From NCBI GenBank assembly GCA_963692945.1, contig OY843585.1:30001-62000 (forward strand): DNA of 32,000 nucleotides, in the 5' to 3' direction. Source of the stretch: Bdellovibrionales bacterium (lineage in GTDB: Bacteria > Bdellovibrionota > Bdellovibrionia > Bdellovibrionales > UBA1609). Position 1 is the first letter of the stretch; each line of letters starts with the position of its first letter. This document shows, piece after piece, positions 1 through 8,567 of the stretch. Below the pieces are notes generated by a model. The model ran no database searches and was not told the origin of the DNA. It worked only from the letters and a program-made list of their open reading frames with translations. Position numbers and translations under genes: made by a program.

Positions 1-460
1 AAACGCCTAAACTAAAAACACCTGACTGACGAACACCATCCATAATTTTTATAATATCTTCATAAATAATATCTGACTTAGGAAGAATAAAAGCCTGATT
101 CAAATCTGGAATTTGTTTTTTCACAGACAAGACATACTTTTTAAAATCTTTATGATTAAATTCTTTTTCTAGCTTTTGAATATCTTTAACTTTTTGAGAA
201 TTTATAATTTTTTGAGATATATACTTTTTACCTATTTTAGTTTTAATTAAAATTCTTTTCTTGGATTCTAAATGAATCCAAAGAGAAGGTTTATTCTTCT
301 CAGAGACCTCACTAGTATCTCCACCCATAACCTGTTTCATAGTCAAAGAACCAACTTGATACCAAGCCACAGTCACTAACAAAAAACAAATACAAACCGA
401 TAACAGAGAAATAAAGGGAGTTAAATCCAACTGGTAATCGTAATCATCTTTTCTTGCCAC
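1..460 (-). CDS. ExbD/TolR-family biopolymer transport protein (3' end runs off the window; absent from the supplied ORF track)
   Basis: Own translation of the minus strand from GTG at 458-460, with SD AAGGAG at 466-471 and a 5-nt spacer. It reads VARKDDYDYQLDLTPFISLLSVCICFLLVTVAWYQ..., giving one N-terminal TM helix with the LTPfIxLL-type motif. The later stretch ...ILPKSDIIYEDIIKIMDGVRQSG resembles the ExbD periplasmic domain. The frame stays open to position 1 and lies 21 nt downstream of the ExbB/TolQ-like gene. Confidence 0.75.
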   Translation of the reverse strand, partial: MARKDDYDYQLDLTPFISLLSVCICFLLVTVAWYQVGSLTMKQVMGGDTSEVSEKNKPSLWIHLESKKRILIKTKIGKKYISQKIINSQKVKDIQKLEKEFNHKDFKKYVLSVKKQIPDLNQAFILPKSDIIYEDIIKIMDGVRQSGVFSLGV

Positions 461-481
461 TTTATCTCCTTATGTTACTCT

Positions 482-1153
482 CTACTTCCCTGCTTCTAAT
501 TTTTTCTCAAATAATGTTTGATATTTATAACTAAGCAGATTAAAAATCTTTAAAGCTCCTTGAGTTAAATCTTCCTGTAAAGCATTAGAACGATTTTGTA
601 ATACAGCAAACATAACCAAAGCAGGTATGGCCATAATCAATCCATAAGCGGTTGTATTCATCGCTTCAGACACACCAGAAGATAGCAAAGTTGCCTTTTC
701 TGCAGGGTTAGCATAAGTCACAGCAGAGAAGGCTTTAATCATACCCACGATAGTCCCCAATAAACCTGTTAATGTTCCTACATTACCTAACATAACTAGA
801 AAAGATGTTCTTTTATCTAAAGCCGCTGTTTCCACAAGTAAAACTTCATCCATTTTTCCTTGAATTTCCTCACGACCACCACAATCCAAAGCCGCCTGCG
901 TTCCCATTTGAATCGCTAAAGCAAGGGGTTGTTTTTCATAATCTCTTTCTGTCTGTTGAATAACAGAGGACAAATCCCCTTTGCGTATAAATTCTGAAAA
1001 ACCCTCAGCATATTTTTTTTGCGTTTCTTTTCTCCTATGAAAAAGAAAAAGACATCTATCTACAATAATAATTACAGAAATAATTTGAAAGACCAAAATA
1101 GCCCACATCCAAATTCCACCGTTTTGAAAAGCTAAAATAATTTGTTCTATCAT
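482..1153 (-). CDS. MotA/TolQ/ExbB-family proton-channel protein
   Basis: 223 aa with three predicted TM segments. The C-terminal motif LGNVGTLTGLLGTIVGMIKAF...AMNTTAYGLIMAIPAL is typical of ExbB/TolQ. SD AAGGAG precedes the ATG, and an ExbD/TolR-like gene follows. Confidence 0.85.
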   Translation of the reverse strand: MIEQIILAFQNGGIWMWAILVFQIISVIIIVDRCLFLFHRRKETQKKYAEGFSEFIRKGDLSSVIQQTERDYEKQPLALAIQMGTQAALDCGGREEIQGKMDEVLLVETAALDKRTSFLVMLGNVGTLTGLLGTIVGMIKAFSAVTYANPAEKATLLSSGVSEAMNTTAYGLIMAIPALVMFAVLQNRSNALQEDLTQGALKIFNLLSYKYQTLFEKKLEAGK

Positions 1154-1658
1154 TCTTTCTCCTTTTCTATTTGTAAGATATTAAATTGAATTGAGGTTTC
1201 ATATTTGATTCTAAATTTATCATAAAATCCCTAGTAGTGCATTACAATAAGCTCATAATACAAAGATGACTCATAGACGAATGTGCTAAAAAGAAATCAA
1301 AAAATGATACTTGAGACTGAAAGAAAAATAAAAACTTCATAAATTAAAGGTTTTCTATAATGAAAAACTTAAATTATATTAAATGCTCTAGTTATCTTAA
1401 ATAAAACATCTCCTTATAATAGTTCAAAATATTTTATCTCAACTAAAAAGTTAAGATACTTTTACAACTCGTAAGATCATTTCAAATTTACAAATCCATT
1501 TCAATACAAAATTTAAGAGGAAAAGACCTCTTACAAATTAAAAAAACAACTTCAAACTGATAAGATTGAATTCTCTGAGAAACAAACTCTTAGTTTGCTC
1601 TCATTGCAAGAAAGATCATTGAATTAGAAATTTTTATTTAAAAAAATAATTTTGTTAT

Positions 1659-2930
1659 CTAAGCTATTAAAGACATTTTTGACTTATCCGTTGTAAGAAC
1701 AGGTAGTTTGACAAGTACTTTTGTTCCCTGAGAAGAACTTATAATATTAATCTCACCTTTATGAGCTTTCACAACTTTTAAAACATAAGCCAAACCAACA
1801 CCACCAATACCCATTTTTTTACTAAACAGTGGGTCAAAAAGATTCTTTTGATCCTTTTGCTCTATACCATGACCATTATCCAAAAACTCCAAAACAATCT
1901 TATCCACCTCTTCATAAACTTCGATATTTAACTTTGGATGATTCTCATTTTTAAGGGCTTGAAAAGAATTTTCAATAATATTTTCAATAGCTATTTCCAG
2001 TTGTTCAGTTGAACATTCTAACCATTTTATTGAAGATTTATATTGTAATCTCTCTTTCAAAGAAGCTGGCCTATCCTTATGATTTTGAAGCCTTTTCAAA
2101 ACATCTTCTAAAAGTTGAGGAAGATAAACCGATTTAAATATATACTCTTCCGATTCTAAATAGGTGGTGTATTTTCCAATGAATTTTTGTAATTGTTTTA
2201 ACTGATTCTCATAATATCTAGGAAAAGATTCTTTATTTTTTATTTCTAAAAAACTTTTTACGAGTGAATTTAAAGCCGGTTGAATTTTTCTAGATAGATT
2301 GAGAGAATCCTCCAAACGATAACTTGATACATATTGACTGAGTCGGTTTTTATAATGCAATATAGATTCCTCCATGTGAAATGACTTTTTCCTGAATTCT
2401 TCCAAAATAAAACGTAAAATAGATCCAAAAATGACACTTGCAACTAAACCAAATAGAACAAGATTGACTAAAGATTTTCTAATTTCAAAAGAAAAATCTC
2501 CTTGCCAAACAAAAGATAAAGGAAACAATAGAGCAATAATAAAAGAAAATAGAATTCCGACAAACCAACCTTCTAAAACACTCAAAACAACTATCTCTAA
2601 AAAAATGAAAGATAAAATAAAAGAGAGACCTACAAACTCTAAAATAGTAAATAAAATAACAAAAAAACAAGCATCTAATAAAAGTAAAATAAGACTGAAA
2701 TACTGATTAAATAATTTATTATCCTTATAAAAAAAGAGATACAAAGCATCAAAGAACAAGATAATAAAACATAGACTATATAAAGAGATAGATAGAGAAG
2801 AATTTATAAATGAAGAAAACAGAAATTGATAAGTGATTAAACTTAAAAGAACTGTTAAATGAATAAATCCTCGGACAAAATGTAAAAAGCCATATTTATT
2901 CGTCAAAGAAAAAGGATAAGAAAAAAACAT
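1659..2930 (-). CDS. Membrane sensor histidine kinase (PilS-like by context)
   Basis: 423 aa. The first ~175 aa are F/L/I-rich with about 6 TM helices. The C-terminus carries HATPase_c boxes: N box IENIIENSFQAL, G1 LEFLDNGHGI, F box LFDPLFSKK, G2 GIGGVGLAYV. It sits directly downstream of pilB-pilT-pilC, the position pilS occupies in Myxococcus- and Geobacter-type clusters. I did not see a canonical HExxNPL H-box; the only candidates are FHMEES and LHYKNRLSQ. Confidence 0.7.
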   Translation of the reverse strand: MFFSYPFSLTNKYGFLHFVRGFIHLTVLLSLITYQFLFSSFINSSLSISLYSLCFIILFFDALYLFFYKDNKLFNQYFSLILLLLDACFFVILFTILEFVGLSFILSFIFLEIVVLSVLEGWFVGILFSFIIALLFPLSFVWQGDFSFEIRKSLVNLVLFGLVASVIFGSILRFILEEFRKKSFHMEESILHYKNRLSQYVSSYRLEDSLNLSRKIQPALNSLVKSFLEIKNKESFPRYYENQLKQLQKFIGKYTTYLESEEYIFKSVYLPQLLEDVLKRLQNHKDRPASLKERLQYKSSIKWLECSTEQLEIAIENIIENSFQALKNENHPKLNIEVYEEVDKIVLEFLDNGHGIEQKDQKNLFDPLFSKKMGIGGVGLAYVLKVVKAHKGEINIISSSQGTKVLVKLPVLTTDKSKMSLIA

Positions 2931-2956
2931 GAGTATCCCTTGAAAATAAGATGTTT

Positions 2957-4150
2957 TTAAACAATCTCACCCATATTAAAGACAGGAAGATAAAGAGCAA
3001 GAATAATCATACCGATCATACCTCCTAAAAAGACAATTAACAAAGGTTCTATCATTTTTATTAGTCCTTCAACTAAACTCTCTACTTCTTGTTCATAATA
3101 TTCTGTTAGTTTTTTATAAGTGGAATCCAGTTTACCACTTTCCTCACCTATTCTTGTCATGTTAGTAATAAGAGCAGGAAAAGCTCTACTATGCTCTAAA
3201 CCTTTTGTAAACCCTTTACCTTGAGATACAAAGTTCTTAGCTACAGCAAGCCCTCTCATGACTTCATCGTGAGCTGCAATATTACGAGAAATACTTAAAG
3301 CTTCTAAAAAATTAACACCTGACTTTAAAAGAGCATAAAAAGAACGACAAAAACGAGCTAAAGCAGCATGGTATTGAAGTTTTCCAAAAACTGGCAAAAC
3401 TTTTATAAGAGAAATAAATTGGTTTCTTCCAGTTTCAGTTTTTATATATTGAACCACAGCTAAAGGCACTCCAATAAATACACCAGCCACAATATACCAA
3501 CTGGATCTCAACAAATTACTTAAATCTACAAAAGCTTGAGTTAGAGCTGGTAAATTTCCACCTGCACTGGAATAAAGAGATTCAAACTTTGGAACAATAA
3601 AAATAATAATTCCTAATATAACAGTTAAAGAGATTCCTAAAACAAGTATGGGATAAACCATTGCTGAACGAACTTTTTTCCTTGTATTTTCCATTTTCTC
3701 CATATAGTCCGCCAAATCTTTTAAAACCTGATCTAAACGACCTGTTTCTTCTGCACAAACAATCATATTCACGTAAAATCCATTAAAAATATTAGGCTTC
3801 CTCCTTAAAGCTTGCGAAAAACTTTTACCTCCTTCTACCATCTTTAAAATATCTCTTAAAACGAATTTGAGGCTGTAATTATCTGTCATATCAATACTGA
3901 TACTAAGAGCTTGAATAAGAGAAACACCTGAAGATAACAAAAAGGAAAGTTGCCTTGTAAAAAAAAGCATGTCTGACGAACTTAATTTTTTACCACCTGC
4001 AAAAAAAGGTATTAAAGGCTTCTGTGTCACATAAATAGGATCAATATTTCTAGATTTTAATTTGAGATTGGCTAGTTGAACAGACTTTGCCTTGATCTCT
4101 CCAGTAACAACTTTTCCTTGAATTTCTGTTTGATATATAAAAATAGCCAT
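2957..4150 (-). CDS. pilC: Type IV pilus assembly platform protein PilC (GspF family)
   Basis: 397 aa with two GspF-like repeats (FTRQLSFLLSSGVSLIQAL and FCRSFYALLKSGVNFLEAL) and TM segments. The C-terminus PLLIVFLGGMIGMIILALYLPVF is typical, and the gene is adjacent to pilT and pilB. Confidence 0.9.
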   Translation of the reverse strand: MAIFIYQTEIQGKVVTGEIKAKSVQLANLKLKSRNIDPIYVTQKPLIPFFAGGKKLSSSDMLFFTRQLSFLLSSGVSLIQALSISIDMTDNYSLKFVLRDILKMVEGGKSFSQALRRKPNIFNGFYVNMIVCAEETGRLDQVLKDLADYMEKMENTRKKVRSAMVYPILVLGISLTVILGIIIFIVPKFESLYSSAGGNLPALTQAFVDLSNLLRSSWYIVAGVFIGVPLAVVQYIKTETGRNQFISLIKVLPVFGKLQYHAALARFCRSFYALLKSGVNFLEALSISRNIAAHDEVMRGLAVAKNFVSQGKGFTKGLEHSRAFPALITNMTRIGEESGKLDSTYKKLTEYYEQEVESLVEGLIKMIEPLLIVFLGGMIGMIILALYLPVFNMGEIV

Positions 4151-4165
4151 AATCTTTCCCCTCTT

Positions 4166-5236
4166 TTAAGATGCTAAATTTCGTTTTTTCAATAGTTTAT
4201 AAAGTTCTTCTCGTTCTGAGGTGACATTAAAAGCTTCCTTAGCTGTAATCTCACCTTTCTGGACCAGTTGAACTAAACTGTTATTCATTGTTGTCATCCC
4301 CTGACTAAAACTAGTTTGCATCACACTATAAATCTGAAAAATTTTACCTTCTCGGATGAGGTTTCTAATAGCAGGACTGGCAATCATCACTTCAGTAACA
4401 ACTCTTCTCCCCCCATTAACAGATGGAACAAGTCTTTGAGAAATAATAGCTTGTAAAACTGTACTTAATTGATTTTGAACTATTTCTCTATCGTCTGGAT
4501 TAAATATACCAACAATTCTATCTATACTTTTAGGAGCTGTATTGGTGTGCAAACTTGAAAATACCAAATGACCTGTTTCAGCTAACTTTAATGTTGATTC
4601 AATAGTTTCTTGATCTCTCATCTCTCCCACAAGACAAACATCAGGATCAGACCTTAAAGCATTTCTCAATCCTTCTGAAAAATTTCTACAGTCCACACCA
4701 ATTTCTCTCTGATTGACGATACAATTTTTATGTTGATGAATGATTTCTATAGGGTCTTCAATAGTTAAAATATGAGCTCGACGCCTTTCATTAATGGCAT
4801 TGACAAGAGCTGCCAAGGTTGTACTCTTACCTGAACCTGTAGGACCTGTAACCAAAACCAATCCATTAGGGTAGTTAGTAAATTCTTCTACAGTAAGAGG
4901 AAGCCCTAATTTAGTTATATCAGGAGCCATACTATTTAATAGACGAAATACACCAGCTACAGAAGATTTTTGATAAAATAAAGTGCCTCTAAATCGAGCC
5001 AAATTCCTAACAAAAAAACTAAAATCTAAATTTTTTTCAGACTCAAATATAGATTTTTGTTCATCAGATATTAGAGAATAACATAAGTGTTGCACTTGTT
5101 CAGAAGTTAATGGCGGACTATTCACCTTAAAAATAGAACCATTCACTCTCAACATCGGAGGACTATTTGCTGTAAGATGCACATCTGAAGCCTCCTTATC
5201 CGCTGCTAATTTTAAAATTTGTACCATTGAAATCAT
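4166..5236 (-). CDS. pilT: Twitching-motility retraction ATPase PilT
   Basis: 356 aa. Motifs seen: ASDVHLTANSPPMLRVNG, Walker A GPTGSGKSTT, Asp box, His box SLHTN, and the PilT signature AIRNLIREGK. Confidence 0.92.
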   Translation of the reverse strand: MISMVQILKLAADKEASDVHLTANSPPMLRVNGSIFKVNSPPLTSEQVQHLCYSLISDEQKSIFESEKNLDFSFFVRNLARFRGTLFYQKSSVAGVFRLLNSMAPDITKLGLPLTVEEFTNYPNGLVLVTGPTGSGKSTTLAALVNAINERRRAHILTIEDPIEIIHQHKNCIVNQREIGVDCRNFSEGLRNALRSDPDVCLVGEMRDQETIESTLKLAETGHLVFSSLHTNTAPKSIDRIVGIFNPDDREIVQNQLSTVLQAIISQRLVPSVNGGRRVVTEVMIASPAIRNLIREGKIFQIYSVMQTSFSQGMTTMNNSLVQLVQKGEITAKEAFNVTSEREELYKLLKKRNLAS

Positions 5237-5244
5237 AATATTTA

Positions 5245-7002
5245 TTAGTTATCGAACATAGTAGATCGAATAACCTCCTCTATATTAACTAAACCTTCTT
5301 TTAATTTTGTAAGAGCACTATGTCTTAAAGTAATCATACCATCTTGAATGGCTATTTTTTTTAATTCCATAGGAGGCAGATCATCAAAAATAGCCTCTTT
5401 AATTTTTGGAGTGATTTTCATCATCTCATAAACAGCTATACGACCATTATAACCTAAATTATTACAAAAAGAACATCCACTTCCTTTATCATATACATTC
5501 TCTATAGTATAAAGAGATAAATCTTCTTTAGGGATACCTAGCTTTTCTAAATTTACTAAATCTTTTTCATGAATAGGTCTTTTACACTTATTACATAAGA
5601 GACGAAGTAATCTTTGAGAAATAATAATAGATGTATTATCTGCCACACTATACGAAGGAACTCCCATACTTAACAATCGTGTGACTGTAGAAGCTGTATC
5701 ATTTGTATGAAGAGTACTAAGGACTAAGTGACCTGTTGAAGAAGCTTTAAAAGCAATTTCTGCTGTTTCAATATCTCGAATCTCTCCAACTAAAATAATA
5801 TCAGGATCTTGTCTCAAAAAAGCTCTTAAAGCTACAGAGAAATCCAATCCAATTTTTTGATTCATTTGAACCTGATTAATACCATGTATACGAAACTCTA
5901 CAGGATCTTCTGCTGTAGAAATATTTCTATCGGGAGTGTTTAATTTCATCAATCCAGAGTAAATTGTAGTTGTTTTCCCTGAACCTGTAGGACCTGTCAT
6001 TAAAATCAAACCTTGAGGTTTTTGAAGAGCTTCTATAAACATCTTTAATTGAAAATTCTCCATACCCAATAAAGACATATCAACTTTTAAAGAAGAATCG
6101 TCTAGTATCCTCAAAACTATTTTTTCTCCATTAACTGTAGGAGTGGAATTAACACGCATATTTAATTCCTTACTATCTAAACGAATTTTTAAACGAGCAT
6201 CTTGAGGTTTCCTTTTTTCACTAATGTCCATATTACTCATAACTTTGATACGAGAAATAATAGCTGGTGCCATATCTTTAGGAAGCACATGCTTTTCATG
6301 TAATGCTCCATCCACACGATAACGAATGCGAAAAGAGTTTTCATAAACTTCCAAATGAATATCAGAAGATTTTAAACGAATGGCATCAGAAAATATAAGA
6401 TTCACAAAAGATATAACAGGATTAGATTGTTGTTTCTCTTCTTCTTTATCTAAGTTGACGGCTTTTTCATCTTCAAACCCAAAATTCTCTATGTCCATAT
6501 CATAGAATAAACTATCTAGTTTTTTCTGATTGTTATAACATTTACTAAGAACGTTTTTAATATCCGATTTACAAGCAACAACAGATTGAATTTTACAACC
6601 TGTTAACAAAGACAGGTTATCTATGATGTGTATGTTAGAAGGATCAGAAAATACCACTACTAAAGTTTTATCAATTTTAGTTAAAGGAACAAGAACATGT
6701 CTCTCGCAAATTCTACGAGGAATTAATTCTAGCAATTCTTTAGATATTTTATACTCTTCTAAATTCTCAATGGCTTCAATATTAAATTCTTTAGAAAAAA
6801 TTTGAACGATTTCTTTTTCATCAACATAGCCTTTTTCTAAAAGGGTATCTATCACTTCAGAATGATTAACATTACCTTTTCTATTTTTTAAATCTCCTAA
6901 AATGCTTTGCACTTTCGGATGAAATTTAGAAATATCAAATTTCTGTTTATTACGAACTATTAAATCATTATTAATCTTTTTTTTCTTAGCCTCTTGACCC
7001 AT
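5245..7002 (-). CDS. pilB: Type IV pilus assembly ATPase PilB (GspE family)
   Basis: 585 aa with an N-terminal GSPII-type domain, Walker A GPTGSGKTTT, TLHTND, and the tetracysteine motif CNKCKRP...GCSFCNNLGYNGR. Confidence 0.92.
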   Translation of the reverse strand: MGQEAKKKKINNDLIVRNKQKFDISKFHPKVQSILGDLKNRKGNVNHSEVIDTLLEKGYVDEKEIVQIFSKEFNIEAIENLEEYKISKELLELIPRRICERHVLVPLTKIDKTLVVVFSDPSNIHIIDNLSLLTGCKIQSVVACKSDIKNVLSKCYNNQKKLDSLFYDMDIENFGFEDEKAVNLDKEEEKQQSNPVISFVNLIFSDAIRLKSSDIHLEVYENSFRIRYRVDGALHEKHVLPKDMAPAIISRIKVMSNMDISEKRKPQDARLKIRLDSKELNMRVNSTPTVNGEKIVLRILDDSSLKVDMSLLGMENFQLKMFIEALQKPQGLILMTGPTGSGKTTTIYSGLMKLNTPDRNISTAEDPVEFRIHGINQVQMNQKIGLDFSVALRAFLRQDPDIILVGEIRDIETAEIAFKASSTGHLVLSTLHTNDTASTVTRLLSMGVPSYSVADNTSIIISQRLLRLLCNKCKRPIHEKDLVNLEKLGIPKEDLSLYTIENVYDKGSGCSFCNNLGYNGRIAVYEMMKITPKIKEAIFDDLPPMELKKIAIQDGMITLRHSALTKLKEGLVNIEEVIRSTMFDN

Positions 7003-7023
7003 AATGGACTCATCGGCTAGATA

Positions 7024-7953
7024 CTAAAAAGGATTAAGAACTTCTTTGATATCTTGCTTTATTTGCTCTTGCAATTGAGAAAGTCTAAAAAAACGCCTTT
7101 CTTCACGGATAAACCGCTTGATTTCCACTTCCAAATCTTGATTATACAAGTCTAAATTTTCGTTGATAATGTGAACTTCTACAGACAATTGGCCTTTAGA
7201 ATCAATACTAGGACGAGTACCAATATTCATTACAGCCTCTTTTATAAGCCCTCCAGATGTCTTAACTCTACAACCATAGACACCCTTTTTAGGTAATTTT
7301 TTTTCTGGCTTGATGAATAAATTGGCTGTTGGAAATCCTAATTTACGAGCTCTACCATCCCCTTTTATAACCTTCGCTTTTATAAAAAAGGGATGACCTA
7401 AAAGTTTCATAGCCTGATCCATAAAACCTAAAGATAATTTTTGTTTAATAATAGAACTAGATACTATTTCATTTTCATAAGACACTGCAGAAATTTGGTT
7501 CACTTTAAATTTTAACTTCTTCCCTTCTTTTTTTAAGTCAGAAACTTTTCCCATCCTGTTAAAACCAAATGAAAAATCATAACCAACAATGATCTCAAAA
7601 GGATCAAACTGCTCCTTGATAAAAGAATAAATAAAATCTTTGGCAGATAATTTTGCAAAATTAGAATCAAAAGGAATAATACAAAAATAATCTAATTTGT
7701 AAGATTGTAAGATACTTTCTATTTCCTCTATCAAAAAAAGTCTTTTAAAATCTTGAGATGGATTTAAAATTTGTAACGGATGAGGATCAAAAAGGCATAA
7801 ACAAGATTTTAATTTGTATTTTCTAGATTTAAGCTGAATTTCATTAATGATTTTTTGATGGCCTAGATGAATCCCATCAAAACATCCCAAAGTTAATAAA
7901 GTTTTTTTAGGAGTCCGAGAAGAATCCTTAAAATCAATGACTATTTTTTTCAT
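7024..7953 (-). CDS. ribF: Bifunctional riboflavin kinase / FMN adenylyltransferase
   Basis: 309 aa. The N-terminal nucleotidyltransferase motif is LGCFDGIHLGHQ. The C-terminal riboflavin kinase motifs are GFPTANL and MNIGTRPS. Confidence 0.9.
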   Translation of the reverse strand: MKKIVIDFKDSSRTPKKTLLTLGCFDGIHLGHQKIINEIQLKSRKYKLKSCLCLFDPHPLQILNPSQDFKRLFLIEEIESILQSYKLDYFCIIPFDSNFAKLSAKDFIYSFIKEQFDPFEIIVGYDFSFGFNRMGKVSDLKKEGKKLKFKVNQISAVSYENEIVSSSIIKQKLSLGFMDQAMKLLGHPFFIKAKVIKGDGRARKLGFPTANLFIKPEKKLPKKGVYGCRVKTSGGLIKEAVMNIGTRPSIDSKGQLSVEVHIINENLDLYNQDLEVEIKRFIREERRFFRLSQLQEQIKQDIKEVLNPF

Positions 7954-8014
7954 AAAGTCTCAAGACTCATCTATAAATTAAAAGCCTTATAAAAAGAATG
8001 TTTATAAATAGATA

Positions 8015-8509
8015 CTATCTATATTTCTTATTAAAGAGAGTATAAACTTTTTTAGTTAAATCGGATTTAGGAGAAACCCACAATACATTTTTATCTATAT
8101 TATGAACAACCTCATAACCTTCTTTTTGAGCAATAGTAGAAATAACTCCCTTGAGTCTATTAACTACAGGATTCATTAGTTTATCTTCCAACTTTTTAAG
8201 TTCCAATTGTTTAGATTCTGCCTCTTGTTGAGATCGCATAACTTTTTGTTGAAATTGTTGTATTTTTTGTGCTCTTTTTTCATCGGATAAAAGAGGAATC
8301 TCTTTTTCTAAATCACTTTTTTCTTTTTTAAGCTTATTGTCCATGGTTTTCATACTTCTTTTGGCTTGAGCTAAACTTTTTTCTAACTTAGATTTCACTT
8401 TTTTCCCTTGCCTCGTAGATTCAATGGCTTTTACCATATCTACATAACCCGCTTTAGCAAATACATCAAAAGATACCAAAATAAGTACACTTAAAATAAA
8501 AATTCTCAT
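8015..8509 (-). CDS. skp: OmpH/Skp-family periplasmic chaperone
   Basis: 164 aa with a signal peptide (MRIFILSVLILVSFDVFA) and a K/E/Q-rich coiled-coil core. It sits immediately downstream of bamA, the conserved position for skp. Confidence 0.8.
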   Translation of the reverse strand: MRIFILSVLILVSFDVFAKAGYVDMVKAIESTRQGKKVKSKLEKSLAQAKRSMKTMDNKLKKEKSDLEKEIPLLSDEKRAQKIQQFQQKVMRSQQEAESKQLELKKLEDKLMNPVVNRLKGVISTIAQKEGYEVVHNIDKNVLWVSPKSDLTKKVYTLFNKKYR

Positions 8510-8567
8510 AATACCTCCTTTTTATAGTCGTTTACTTTATGTAACTGAATTCTTTCTATAATACAAG

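Noticed and set aside
1515-1532. Hairpin aagagg-aaaaga-cctctt as a terminator downstream of the kinase gene
   Set aside because: The stem is only 6 bp with no adequate U-tract on either strand, so it is too weak to call.
2431-2706. Plus-strand 91-aa ORF and minus-strand alternate-frame 61-aa ORF (2485-2670) inside the kinase gene
   Set aside because: These are low-complexity K/T-rich or F/C-rich translations of the A/T-rich region encoding the kinase TM helices. Both lie entirely within a better-supported gene.
6623-6805. 60-aa plus-strand ORF inside pilB
   Set aside because: It is an antisense shadow within a confidently identified gene.
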